Below are positions 46,998-56,602 of a stretch of 64,000 nt of DNA, piece by piece (the stretch's first letter is position 1; every line of letters starts with the position of its first letter). The translations under genes and the position numbers were made by a program. This stretch comes from Capsulimonadaceae bacterium (lineage in GTDB: Bacteria > Armatimonadota > Armatimonadia > Armatimonadales > Capsulimonadaceae). The stretch spans positions 5,472,001 to 5,536,000 of the forward strand of contig OZ244065.1 in assembly GCA_965215505.1 (NCBI GenBank). Reading direction: 5' to 3'. Below the pieces are notes generated by a model. It worked only from the letters and a program-made list of their open reading frames with translations. It did not search any database and had not been told where the DNA came from.

Positions 46998-49943
46998 ATG
47001 ACCGAAGTTTACACCGAACCGGCGGCCACGAAGCCCGCCGGGACCGCCGAATATGTCAAGCCCGACTACAGCAAGACCCTGAACGTCCCCAAGCCCGACG
47101 TCAAGAACCCGGACGGCCTGGACACCAACGAGTCCTCCATCCCGCAGCGCGCCAACCTCGCTCGGCGCGAGCCGCAGATACTTGAGTTCTGGCGGCGCAA
47201 CCGCATCTACGAGGCGTCCCTCAAAGGCACCACGGCGCGCGGGACCTTCCTGCTGCACGACGGCCCGCCCTTCTCCAATGGTGACATCCACATCGGCCAC
47301 GCCTTCAACAAGATCCTGAAGGACGTCGTCACCAAGTTCCGCACCATGGAAGGCTACACCGCCCCCTATGTGCCCGGCTGGGACAACAACGGCCTGCCCA
47401 TCGAGGTGCTTGTCGCCAAGGAGTTCCGCGAGAAGAACCTGACCCCGACCCGCATGGAGATCCGCCGCCGCTGCCGCGAGGTGGCCGAGGAGTGGGTCGG
47501 CAAGCAGTCCGAACAGTTCCAGCGGCTCGGCATCCGGGGCGACTGGGACCACCCCTATCTGACCATGTCCAAGAAGATGGCCGCCAAGGAGCTGGACGTC
47601 TTCGCCGAGATGGTGGACAAGGGCTTCGTCTACCGCGACCGCAAGCCCGTCTTCTGGTCGTTCGCCGACCGGACCGCCCTGGCCGAAGCCGAGATCGAGT
47701 ACGCCGACCGGACCGACCCGTCCATCTACGTCCGCTTCCCGCTGGTGCGGGACGAAGCTAATGTCTTCGGCGGCGCGGACCCGAGCCGCTGCTTCACGGT
47801 CATCTGGACGACCACGCCCTGGACCATCCCCGCCAATGTCGCACTCGCCGTCGGCCCGAACCTGGGCTATGTAGTCGTCGAACACCAGGGCAGTTTCTAT
47901 CTGCTCGCCGAGGCTCGGCTTGGCGCGACCATGGCGGCAGCGGGGTTCACCGGCTGGTCCGTCGTGCGGACCCTCTCAGGGTCCGCCCTGGTCGCGCCCG
48001 GCAATAGCCTGGAAACTCTGGTCTTTCGGCACCCGCTGTTCGAGCGCGAGTCGCCCGTCCTGCCCGCCGACTATGTCACGACCACCGACGGCACCGGCGT
48101 CGTCCACACGGCGGGCGGGCACGGCAAGGACGACTACCAGACCGTCCTGAAGCGCAACGCCCGCTGGACCCAGGCCGGGTACAAGGACGGCGGCGAGCCG
48201 CTGCCCCTGCTGCAAGTGCTGACCGACGACGGCTTCTTCAACGAGGAGGCCGGACCGGACTTCGCGGGCGAGAAATTGGGCGCGGGCCAGGAGAAGGTCA
48301 TGGCGCGTCTCGCCGACGCCGGTGCCCTGCTGGCCCGCGAGGAGTACACGCACTCCTACCCGATGGGCTGGCGCTCGCACGACCCGCTCGTCCAGCGCGC
48401 GACCCCGCAGTGGTTCGTGGACATAGACAACAAGGGGCATCGGGGAAAGGCCGTGAAGGCCATCGAAGGCGTCCGCTGGTTCCCCGAAGAGTCCCGAAAC
48501 CGCATCAAGGCTATGGTGGAGGGCCGCCCTGACTGGTGCATCTCGCGCCAGCGCGCCTGGGGCGTCGGCATCCCCGTCTTCTACGCCCAGCCCTCCGGCA
48601 CCCCGTTGCTGACCAAAGAGAGCGTCGGCCATGTCCGCGACCTCGTCGCGAGCCACGGCACCGACGCCTGGTTTGAGACGGACGTCCAGGACATCCTGCC
48701 GCCCGGCTTCAAGCACCCGGACACGGGCGAAACCGAGTTCGTCAAAGAGACGGACATCTTCGACGTCTGGTTCGACTCGGGTTCCACCTGCCGCACGGTC
48801 CTGGAACAGTGGCCCGGCCTGTCCTACCCCGCCGACGCCTACCTGGAAGGGGGCGACCAGCACCGGGGCTGGTTCAACTCCTCGCTGATGATCGGCGTCG
48901 CGACTAAAGGGGCCGCCCCGTACCGGCAGGTCATCACGAACGGCTGGACGCTGGACGAGTCGGGCCGCAAGATGTCCAAGTCCAAAATGAACGGCGTCGC
49001 GCCGTCCGCCGTCGTCGAGAAGTACGGCGCGGACGTCCTGCGCCTCTGGGTCTGCATGTCGGACTACTTCGCCGACGTCCGGGTGGGCGACAAGATCCTG
49101 GAGCAGGCGGCGACGAACTACCGGACCTTGCGGAACACCCTGCGCTTCACGCTGGGCAACCTGTACGACTTCGACCCGGTCCTGAACGCCGTCCCGCTGA
49201 ACGACCTGGACGAGATAGACCGCTGGGCCATGCACCGGCTCAACGAAGTCGTCCGCCGCTGCACGGCGGCCTACGACGTCTACGAGTTCCCGCGCGTCGC
49301 CCAGACCCTCCTGACGTTCTGTGCCCAGGACCTGAGCGCGTTCTACCTGGACGTCCTGAAGGACCGGCTCTACTCCTGGGGGGCCGACTCGCGCGAGCGC
49401 CGTTCGGCCCAGACCGCGCTGTACGAGATCACCAGCACGCTGACGCGCCTGCTGGCCCCGATCCTCTCGTTCACCGCCGAGGAGGTCTGGCAGAAGCTCC
49501 CCGTCTCCGGCAAACCCGCCTCGGTCCTGCTGGCCGCCCTGCCCGGCTACCGCGCCGACGTCCGCTCGCGCGAGTTGGAGGCGCGCTGGGAGCCGCTGCT
49601 GGAAACGCGCGAGGCGGTCAACAAGGCGCTGGAAGGCACCAAAAAGCGGCTGGAGCTAGGCGTGACGCTGACGGCGGACGGGGAAACTTATGCCGCCCTC
49701 CACTCGTATCTGAGTCAACTGCCCGCACTGCTCCTGGTTTCTCGGGTCACTCTCCGGCAGTCGGCCGTGCCCGGCTTGCAGATCGAGAACAACGGCCCCG
49801 CGCCCGGAACGCGCTGCGCCCGCTGCTGGGTCGCCGTCCCCGACGGCGGCGACGAGGACCCCGCCGCCTTTTGCGCCGGGGGTTGCTCACGCCGCTGGCT
49901 GGTGTCGAGCGACGGCGAAGTGGCTTCAAGAAGGCTGATCTAA
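46998..49943 (+). CDS. ileS: Isoleucine--tRNA ligase
   Basis: HDGPPFSNGDIHIGH, WTTTPWT, DWCISRQR, KMSKS, CARCW. Confidence 0.97.
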   Translation: MTEVYTEPAATKPAGTAEYVKPDYSKTLNVPKPDVKNPDGLDTNESSIPQRANLARREPQILEFWRRNRIYEASLKGTTARGTFLLHDGPPFSNGDIHIGHAFNKILKDVVTKFRTMEGYTAPYVPGWDNNGLPIEVLVAKEFREKNLTPTRMEIRRRCREVAEEWVGKQSEQFQRLGIRGDWDHPYLTMSKKMAAKELDVFAEMVDKGFVYRDRKPVFWSFADRTALAEAEIEYADRTDPSIYVRFPLVRDEANVFGGADPSRCFTVIWTTTPWTIPANVALAVGPNLGYVVVEHQGSFYLLAEARLGATMAAAGFTGWSVVRTLSGSALVAPGNSLETLVFRHPLFERESPVLPADYVTTTDGTGVVHTAGGHGKDDYQTVLKRNARWTQAGYKDGGEPLPLLQVLTDDGFFNEEAGPDFAGEKLGAGQEKVMARLADAGALLAREEYTHSYPMGWRSHDPLVQRATPQWFVDIDNKGHRGKAVKAIEGVRWFPEESRNRIKAMVEGRPDWCISRQRAWGVGIPVFYAQPSGTPLLTKESVGHVRDLVASHGTDAWFETDVQDILPPGFKHPDTGETEFVKETDIFDVWFDSGSTCRTVLEQWPGLSYPADAYLEGGDQHRGWFNSSLMIGVATKGAAPYRQVITNGWTLDESGRKMSKSKMNGVAPSAVVEKYGADVLRLWVCMSDYFADVRVGDKILEQAATNYRTLRNTLRFTLGNLYDFDPVLNAVPLNDLDEIDRWAMHRLNEVVRRCTAAYDVYEFPRVAQTLLTFCAQDLSAFYLDVLKDRLYSWGADSRERRSAQTALYEITSTLTRLLAPILSFTAEEVWQKLPVSGKPASVLLAALPGYRADVRSRELEARWEPLLETREAVNKALEGTKKRLELGVTLTADGETYAALHSYLSQLPALLLVSRVTLRQSAVPGLQIENNGPAPGTRCARCWVAVPDGGDEDPAAFCAGGCSRRWLVSSDGEVASRRLI

Positions 49944-49957
49944 TCTTTTCCCTCATG

Positions 49958-49999
49958 CCCCCCCTCTCCCGCTTGCGGGGGAGGGGCCGGGGGTGGGGG
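49958..49999. repeat. GC-rich extragenic palindrome (CCCCTCTCCCGC-TT-GCGGGGGAGGGG type)
   Basis: Imperfect hairpin followed by ccgggggtggggg, between ileS and the dksA-like gene. Confidence 0.55.
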
Positions 50000-50021
50000 T
50001 CCAACGACCGAAAGGAATCTC

Positions 50022-50396
50022 ATGACCGAAGACCAACTGGCGCACTTCAAGCAGGTGCTGCTGGACGAAAAGGCGCGCGTCGAAGCCGAGCGCGCCGCCT
50101 ACACCGGCCCAGACCGGGACCAGTCCGAGGAGGACGAAGCCGGCGAGCTGTCCCACGGCGACGTGAACGACCCCGCCGACGAGGCCACGAACCTGATGGA
50201 CCGGGACCGCAACTACGCCGCCGAGGATAACATGGGCCGGATTCTGGGCAAGATCGAGCGCGCCCTGGCGAAGATAGACGAGGGGACCTACGGCCTCTCC
50301 GACATAGACGGGACGCCCATCCCCATCGCCCGCCTGGAAGCCTTGCCCTATGCGGTGACTACGGTGGAGCAGGCGGAACACGCGCTTGAAGGCTAG
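50022..50396 (+). CDS. TraR/DksA family regulator lacking zinc-finger cysteines
   Basis: DPADEAT, IERALAKIDEGTYG, IPIARLEALPYA. Confidence 0.88.
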   Translation: MTEDQLAHFKQVLLDEKARVEAERAAYTGPDRDQSEEDEAGELSHGDVNDPADEATNLMDRDRNYAAEDNMGRILGKIERALAKIDEGTYGLSDIDGTPIPIARLEALPYAVTTVEQAEHALEG

Positions 50397-50429
50397 ACCC
50401 TCCGGGAGCGGACTAGTAAGGACTAGACT

Positions 50430-50939
50430 TTGAGCCGTTTCGGCCTCTACAGCATCGCCCTGCTCGTCCTGCTGGCCGACCAGATCAGCAAGGCCTGGAT
50501 CGTCGCCGTCCACTGGCACTGGCCCGAAGAGGGCCGGGAGCTGATTCCCGGCTTCTTCGCGCTGACCTTTAACGTCAACACCGGCGGCGCGTTCGGCATC
50601 CTGCCGCACGGGACCCTGCTGCTGGCCCTGGCCGCCGCCGTCGCCGCCGTCGCGATTGTCGTCTACAGCCTGCGTGCCCCGATGCCCCTGCCGCGCCTGC
50701 TCGGCGTCGCCCTCGCCCTGCCCCTGGGCGGCGCGCTGGGCAACCTGCTCGACCGCGTCCGCCTGCACCACGTCATTGACTTCCTCGCGCTCTATGCCGG
50801 ACCGGACCGGCAGTGGCAGTTCCCGATCTTCAACCTCGCCGACTCGGCGATCTGCATCGGCGTCTGCCTCCTGGCGCTCTACTATGGCCGTCAGCCCGCC
50901 CCCGCCCCCGAGGCGGTCCTCGGCCTGAAAGACAACTGA
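50430..50939 (+). CDS. lspA: Lipoprotein signal peptidase
   Basis: DQISK, NTGGAFG, GGALGNLLDR, VIDF, FNLADSAI. Confidence 0.95.
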   Translation: MSRFGLYSIALLVLLADQISKAWIVAVHWHWPEEGRELIPGFFALTFNVNTGGAFGILPHGTLLLALAAAVAAVAIVVYSLRAPMPLPRLLGVALALPLGGALGNLLDRVRLHHVIDFLALYAGPDRQWQFPIFNLADSAICIGVCLLALYYGRQPAPAPEAVLGLKDN

Positions 50940-51790
50940 TGTACCCTGTCCTGTTCCACGTCGGCACGTTCGCGGTCCACACCTACGGCGTCGTCCTCAT
51001 GCTGGCCTTTCTAGCCGCTCTGGCGCGCACCTACGCGGCGGCAAAGCGCCTGGGCGATCCGGGCGTCCCGCCGGACAACATCCTGGACGCCGGCATCTGG
51101 ATGATCATCATCGGCACGGTCGGCGCGCGGCTCCTGTTCGTGCTGGTGGACTGGGGCAGCTACCGGCACGCCCCCGACTTCCCGCTCAACACCTTGCAGG
51201 TTTGGCATGGCGGCCTGTCCTTCCACGGCGGCCTGTTCGGCGGCATCGGCGCGCTCGTCGGCTACTGCCTGCTGAAGCGCATGTCCATCCTGAAGGTCGC
51301 TGACCTGTTCGCTCCCTCCGTCATGATCGCCTACGTCATCGGGCGTCTGGGCTGCCTCCTGAACGGCTGCTGCTACGGGGCACCGACGGCGATGCCCTGG
51401 GGCATCCGGTTCCACGACGAAGACACCGGCCTCCTGACCCCGCCGAGCCACCCGACTCAGCTTTACGCGAGCCTCCTCAGCTTGGCCTTCTTCGGCGGCC
51501 TGGTCTGGCTGGAACGACGCCGCGCCTACTACGGCCAGATCTCGTGCTGGTACATCCTGCTCGCCGCCACCGAGCGGTTCCTGATGGAGATCTGGCGGGC
51601 TGGCACGACCTCGGACGTCGTCCGCGTCGGGCCGATCCACTTCCTCACCGACGTGCAGTGGCTCTGCCTGGGCATGGCCGCCCTCGCTCTGGTCGGGATG
51701 GTCGCCCTGCGCCGCAAGTACCCCGCCCCGCCCCCCGCGTCCGCCGAGCCGCCCGCCCTGCGCCCGCCGCTGGAGGCCGCCGCCCGATGA
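50939..51790 (+). CDS. lgt: Prolipoprotein diacylglyceryl transferase
   Basis: GARLLFV, GGLSFHGG, GRLGCLLNGCCYG, HPTQLY. Confidence 0.95.
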   Translation: MYPVLFHVGTFAVHTYGVVLMLAFLAALARTYAAAKRLGDPGVPPDNILDAGIWMIIIGTVGARLLFVLVDWGSYRHAPDFPLNTLQVWHGGLSFHGGLFGGIGALVGYCLLKRMSILKVADLFAPSVMIAYVIGRLGCLLNGCCYGAPTAMPWGIRFHDEDTGLLTPPSHPTQLYASLLSLAFFGGLVWLERRRAYYGQISCWYILLAATERFLMEIWRAGTTSDVVRVGPIHFLTDVQWLCLGMAALALVGMVALRRKYPAPPPASAEPPALRPPLEAAAR

Positions 51791-52803
51791 TCGAGACCCT
51801 GCGGATTGAGGACGACGAAACCAACCTGCGGCTGGACATCTACCTGGCCGACCGGGTGCCGCACCTGTCGCGCGCGCGCATCCAGCGGCTGATTGGGACG
51901 CAGGCCGTCACCATCAACGGCGTCCCCGGCAAGTCCTCCTACCGGACGCGGGCCGGGGATGAGGTCGTCGTCACCATCCCGACCGCCAAGCCCCTGGAAA
52001 ACGCCCTGCCGGAAGACATCCCGCTGGACATCGTCTATGAAGACGACGACCTGGTCGTCGTCAACAAGGCCAAAGGCCTGGTCGTCCACCCCGCGCCCGG
52101 CGCGGAAACCGGAACCCTCGTCAACGCCCTGCTCGCCCACTGCGGCGGCAGCCTGTCCGGCATCGGCGGCGCACTCCGGCCCGGCATCGTCCACCGGCTG
52201 GACAAGGACACGTCCGGTTTGCTTGTCGTCGCCAAGAACGATGCCGCCCACCAGAGCCTCTCCAAACAGATACGCGAGCGGACCGCCGTCCGCAAGTACC
52301 ACGCCCTCCTGTGGGGCCGCATCCCCTTCAAGCACGCCGTCATTGACGCCCCCATCGGCCGGCACCCGAGCGACCGCAAGCGGATGACCGTCATCGAGCA
52401 GGGCGGGTCGGGTCCGGGCGACCTGCCGCCCGGCGCGCGCGAGGCGGTGACCGAGCTGCGCCTGCTGGAACACGTCGCCGAGTTCAGTTGGGCCGAAGCC
52501 ATCCTGCAAACGGGCCGGACACACCAGATCCGCGTCCACTGCTCCTTCGCCGGCTACCCGGTCGTCGGCGACGCCACTTACGGAGGTCTGCGGAAGGTCA
52601 GCGCGGACCTGTTCCGGGGGGCACCGCTTCAGACGCTTAACGCCCTGCTTGGCCGCCTCCACGGCCAGGCCCTGCACGCCCATTCGCTCGGCTTCGATCA
52701 CCCCCGGACGGGCCAGCGGCTCCAGTTCCACGCGCCCCTGCCGGACGAAGTGGGCGAGCTACTGGACTTCCTGCGGCGGCTCGACGAGGTCTATGAGTTC
52801 TGA
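51787..52803 (+). CDS. rluD: RluA/RluD pseudouridine synthase
   Basis: RLD S4 domain, RPGIVHRLDKDTSG, TGRTHQIRVH, QALHA. Confidence 0.93.
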   Translation: MIETLRIEDDETNLRLDIYLADRVPHLSRARIQRLIGTQAVTINGVPGKSSYRTRAGDEVVVTIPTAKPLENALPEDIPLDIVYEDDDLVVVNKAKGLVVHPAPGAETGTLVNALLAHCGGSLSGIGGALRPGIVHRLDKDTSGLLVVAKNDAAHQSLSKQIRERTAVRKYHALLWGRIPFKHAVIDAPIGRHPSDRKRMTVIEQGGSGPGDLPPGAREAVTELRLLEHVAEFSWAEAILQTGRTHQIRVHCSFAGYPVVGDATYGGLRKVSADLFRGAPLQTLNALLGRLHGQALHAHSLGFDHPRTGQRLQFHAPLPDEVGELLDFLRRLDEVYEF

Positions 52804-52808
52804 CCGCG

Positions 52809-52843
52809 CAAAAAAGCGGCTCCCCAAAAGGGGAGCCGCTTTC
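52809..52843. terminator. Bidirectional intrinsic terminator
   Basis: A-run, then gcggctcccc-aaaa-ggggagccgc-ttt, between convergent genes. Confidence 0.85.
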
Positions 52844-52861
52844 TCGTGTCCGTCTGCGCCC

Positions 52862-53665
52862 CTACTGCGGCAGCGGGGCCGAGAGGAGGGCTTGAAGGCG
52901 GGCGTACTGGGCGCGCTGTGCGGGGGTCAAGACGGCGTTGATCTTGGTCTGGGCCTGCTCGCGCAAGGCCGAGATCTTGCTGACCTTCGCCGACTGCGGT
53001 TGGGACTTGTCGGCGATGACGGCCTGCACCTGTGCCCCGGACGCCAGGCCGATCGCGTGTACCTGCTTTTCCTGGTCCGCTGACAGTGAGGCTTGAAGCT
53101 CCTTGCCCATCCGGGTCGCCTCAGCCTTCCGGGCCTCGGCCGTCTGCTCCTGCCTCTCCGCGCGCGCTCGCTGGGCCGGTGGCAGGGTCGCCAAAGCTTT
53201 CTGGTTGGCCGCCTGACGCAGCGCCTCGAAGCGCGTCTGCTTCTGGGCGTCGGTCAGCGTTTTGTCCGCTTGCAGGGCGGCGGCATCGCGCTGGAGCTGC
53301 AAGCCGATCTGACGCTGGGCCATCACCTGTGCGCGCTGCGCGGGCGTCAGGACCGCCAGCATGTCCCTGTCCATCGCCTTGGCAAGCACGGCGTAGCGCG
53401 CCCGCTTCTGGGCGTCAGTCAGCGTTTTGTCCGCGGCCAGTGCGGCCGTGTCTTTTTTGAATTGCGCCTGTCGGGCCTCCGCGTGTGCGCGCTGCGTGGG
53501 GCTGAGTTCCGAGTTGGCGGACGAGGCGCGTCCCGCCGGCATTCCCTGCGCGTGGACCGTCAGAGGCGAAGAAAGAAAAGCGAGGGCCGCCAGGGGTGCC
53601 GCCGGCCATGCGCGTGTGATTCGAGTCAAGGGCGTAGATCCTTCCGAACGAGAATTGGGCAGCAT
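52862..53665 (-). CDS. Exported helical repeat protein (Spy/CpxP-like LTPxQ repeats)
   Basis: Signal peptide; repeated DKTLTDAQK and VLTPAQRA; GGGGAGG SD. Confidence 0.7.
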   Translation of the reverse strand: MLPNSRSEGSTPLTRITRAWPAAPLAALAFLSSPLTVHAQGMPAGRASSANSELSPTQRAHAEARQAQFKKDTAALAADKTLTDAQKRARYAVLAKAMDRDMLAVLTPAQRAQVMAQRQIGLQLQRDAAALQADKTLTDAQKQTRFEALRQAANQKALATLPPAQRARAERQEQTAEARKAEATRMGKELQASLSADQEKQVHAIGLASGAQVQAVIADKSQPQSAKVSKISALREQAQTKINAVLTPAQRAQYARLQALLSAPLPQ

Positions 53666-53684
53666 AGCCCTCCCCTTCAAAACG

Positions 53685-53718
53685 CAGGAGGGACCGGGCG
53701 ATGTTCCCGTCCCTCCTG
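53685..53718 (-). terminator. Stem-loop after the DUF892 gene
   Basis: Perfect 10-bp inverted repeat caggagggac/gtccctcctg, followed by cgtttt on the minus strand. Confidence 0.55.
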
Positions 53719-53757
53719 TTTACCCCTTTTGGCCGTCTTTTTCAAGTGGCGGGCGTG

Positions 53758-54249
53758 TTACGCCGCGTTCTTGAGGGCCAATACGGCGATCTGCGGGATG
53801 ATCCGCTGCAAGCGCTCCGCCGCGAGCTGTTCCTCGGCGATGATCGTCTGCGCCAGCGTCGCCGTCTCCGTGTCGCCGATGGCATTGGCGAAGGCATGGA
53901 GCGAGGTGTACGCGCCGATCTCGAAGTGCTCGAAGGAGTACGCCTTGATCGTGTCCTGCGTCTGCTTGTCCTCGTGGCTGTGCCCGATGTTCAGGGCGCT
54001 GCTGGCCTTCGCCAGCACCGAGTTCAGGACTCCCTTCGGCTCGGACTTGTCGCCGCCTAAAGCCAGGATGCGGGCGCTCACCCGGTCCGCCTGCGACTGC
54101 GTGACCGCGATGTGGTCCGTCACGGCCTGCTTCAGGTCCGCGTCGGTCGCCAGAGCGGCCAGGTCGTTGAGGGCGGCGATCCCGCCGACTTCGGCGGCAT
54201 ACGAGTCGTTCAGATACCGGAGCAGTTGGTCTTTCGTCGTCTCTGCCAT
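53758..54249 (-). CDS. Ferritin-like DUF892 (YciE/YciF) stress protein
   Basis: YLNDSYAAE, H..VT..Q..R, FEHFEIGAY, EEQ. Confidence 0.88.
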   Translation of the reverse strand: MAETTKDQLLRYLNDSYAAEVGGIAALNDLAALATDADLKQAVTDHIAVTQSQADRVSARILALGGDKSEPKGVLNSVLAKASSALNIGHSHEDKQTQDTIKAYSFEHFEIGAYTSLHAFANAIGDTETATLAQTIIAEEQLAAERLQRIIPQIAVLALKNAA

Positions 54250-54337
54250 TTCTTATGTCTCCATTCCCGCGTCTCCGCAGAAGTTATTCAGGCCGCTTAT
54301 ACCCGCCCGCCGCCCGCCTCTAACCTCCCCCGTAAAC

Positions 54338-55486
54338 CTACCCCCCACCGTAGACGCGGCCCTTCCACCGGTTCCCCTGCCGCGAAAGGCCCTGGTAGGC
54401 GGACGACAGCGCGATCCCTATTACCAGCGCCCAGGCCAGCGGGTTCAGGAATGCGTAGCCGCCCGCGCCCCGCCCGAACCGCGCCGTGACGCCCAGCCGG
54501 ATGCCGACCATGCCGGTGTACGACGCCAGGGGCAGCCACGCCCAGCCCGCCCCCGAAGCCCACCCCCAGGCGGCCCACAGCGGCGGCAGGACGAAGACGT
54601 TCAGCAGGACGAAGACGACCCACAGCAGCAGTGGCAGGTTCTTGGAGAAGGCCGGGAACAGGTTCTTGGCGAACCCGCTCCAGATCTCGTCCAGCCCGTG
54701 ATACATCCGCACCGCATAGGTCCGCGACCCGTCTCCGTACCACAGCGATTTGCCCACCCGCTTGACGTGCTGGGCGAATTTGACGTCCTCGGCGAGCTGC
54801 TGCCGGACGGCCCGGTGCCCGTCCACGTCGAAATACGTCTGCCGCGTCAGGAACAGGAACGCGCCGTTGGCCGCCGCGAACCAGGGAAAGGGCGTCCGGC
54901 GGATGAGTGGGGTGGGGAGGAAGGCAAAGATGACGAAATACTGGATGGGGATCAGCAGCCGCTCCCAGAACCCCTCGCAGTGCAGGTCCGGCACGAGCGA
55001 GACGACATCGGCCGCGCTCTCCCGCTGCGCCCCGAGTGCCAGCAGCAGGGCGTCCGGCGCGAACACGCAGTCCGCGTCCGTCATCAGCAGCCACTCGCCC
55101 CGCGCCGCGTTCGCGAGCTGCCAGCACGCCCACGGCTTCCCGTACCAGTCTGATGGCAGCTCCGACCCAATCAGCACCCGCAGCCGATAATCCTGGTCCC
55201 GCAGCCGACACAAAATGGCATAAGTGTCGTCCGAAGACCGGTCATCCAGCACCAAGACTTCGAAATTGGGGTAGTTGAGCGCCAGCAGCGACCGGACACA
55301 AGCCTCGATGTTCGCCTCCTCGTCGCGGGCGGGTACGAGGATGGAGATGAGGGGCAGTTCCGCCTCCCCCGTCTGCGCGACCAGGGCGCGCGGCTTGCGG
55401 AAGGACCAGAAATTGACCAGGGCCGTCTCGACCAGAACCAGCGCCGTCAGCGCCACCGCCGCCTGATACCAAAACATAAGCCCCAT
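54338..55486 (-). CDS. GT2 glycosyltransferase, CrtQ/CruC-like (carotenoid glycosyltransferase)
   Basis: VPARDEE, DDRSSD, WYGKPWAC, TDAD, EDVKFA, RMY, WKGR. Confidence 0.8.
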   Translation of the reverse strand: MGLMFWYQAAVALTALVLVETALVNFWSFRKPRALVAQTGEAELPLISILVPARDEEANIEACVRSLLALNYPNFEVLVLDDRSSDDTYAILCRLRDQDYRLRVLIGSELPSDWYGKPWACWQLANAARGEWLLMTDADCVFAPDALLLALGAQRESAADVVSLVPDLHCEGFWERLLIPIQYFVIFAFLPTPLIRRTPFPWFAAANGAFLFLTRQTYFDVDGHRAVRQQLAEDVKFAQHVKRVGKSLWYGDGSRTYAVRMYHGLDEIWSGFAKNLFPAFSKNLPLLLWVVFVLLNVFVLPPLWAAWGWASGAGWAWLPLASYTGMVGIRLGVTARFGRGAGGYAFLNPLAWALVIGIALSSAYQGLSRQGNRWKGRVYGGG

Positions 55487-55570
55487 TGCGCGAATAGTAT
55501 ACCCGTCAAGTGCGTCCTTGCAGACAACAGGGGGAGGATGTTCGCACCGGGTTGCTGGTATACTGTCCCT

Positions 55571-56602
55571 ATGCGCCTTGTTCTAGATCCCGCCGAGGAG
55601 GCCGCGCACGGGGAGTGGCTGCACCGGACACCGGGCGCTTATGAGTGGTGGTACTTTGACGCGCTCTCCGACGACGGCCGCCACGCGCTGGCCTGCATCT
55701 GGTTCCTGGGCAACCCCTTCTCGCCCTATTACCGCCGGGCCGCGCTGGCCCTGCCGACGGACCCCTTCCGCCACAATGCCCTCTTCTTCGCCCTCTACCG
55801 GGAAGGGCGGCTCCATGCCTACCACTTCACGCGCTTCCCCATGGCAGAAGTCGCGGCGGGCGACGCGCCGCCGCTGGACCTGCGGTTCGGCCCGAACCGG
55901 CTGGCGGCGAAGCCCGGCGAGTGGCGGCTGACGCTCTCGGACGAGAACGCCAATTGCCGCCGGCTGGAGGCCGCCCTGACGTTCACCGCGCCCCTTCCCG
56001 TCGGCGGCACGCCGGAAGCGGAGGCACCCGAGGCCAATCACTTCTGGCTGCCCGCCGCGCCCTTCTGCCGGGTGGCGGGGCGGGTCACTCTGCGCGAGGC
56101 ACACAATCCGGGGGCCGAGGAGATCAGTTTTTCGGGGACCGGCTACCACGACCATAATTGGGGGCGGCTGCCGTTCGCCTCGGAGATACGCGACTGGTAC
56201 TGGGCGCGGGCCGCTCTGGGCGGCGAGCGGGCGGTGATCCTGTACCATGTGCGCCCGCGCGGCGCAGTGCGGGCGGTCAGCCATTTCCTGCTGTTCGAGC
56301 GGGGGCGGATGGTGCGGCACGACGCCGCCCCCCAGGTGCGCCTCTCCCGGCCTGCCTTGAATGCCTTCGGGACGGTGTACGCCGCCCGCATGGAGGTCGT
56401 CAGCGGCGAATGGGCCGTGCGCTTCGAGTTCGGGGTGCGGCTGGACAGTGCGCCCTTCTACGTCCGCGCCCTGTGCCGGGCGACGCTGAATGGGAAAGGT
56501 GGGGCGGAGGTGGGGGAGGGGATCGGCGAGTACCTGCGCCCGCGCATGATGTCCTGGCCGCTCGTGGCGTCGGCCATGAAGGCGAGGATCGTGGAGCGAT
56601 GA
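55571..56602 (+). CDS. crtC: Carotenoid 1,2-hydratase (CrtC-like)
   Basis: GAYEWWYFDALSDD, GNPFSPYY, HFWLPAAP, GYHDHNWG, WYWAR, LDSAPFY. Confidence 0.8.
   Translation: MRLVLDPAEEAAHGEWLHRTPGAYEWWYFDALSDDGRHALACIWFLGNPFSPYYRRAALALPTDPFRHNALFFALYREGRLHAYHFTRFPMAEVAAGDAPPLDLRFGPNRLAAKPGEWRLTLSDENANCRRLEAALTFTAPLPVGGTPEAEAPEANHFWLPAAPFCRVAGRVTLREAHNPGAEEISFSGTGYHDHNWGRLPFASEIRDWYWARAALGGERAVILYHVRPRGAVRAVSHFLLFERGRMVRHDAAPQVRLSRPALNAFGTVYAARMEVVSGEWAVRFEFGVRLDSAPFYVRALCRATLNGKGGAEVGEGIGEYLRPRMMSWPLVASAMKARIVER

Noticed and set aside
53681-53708. GGGAAC..CGTT ECF promoter for the Spy-like gene
   Set aside because: Spacer is long and the motif lies inside a terminator-like hairpin; not supportable on sequence alone.
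53093-55153. 686-aa plus-strand ORF and many other long antisense or alternate-frame ORFs
   Set aside because: Shadow ORFs of high-GC coding sequence; they lie over well-supported genes and carry no recognisable motifs.
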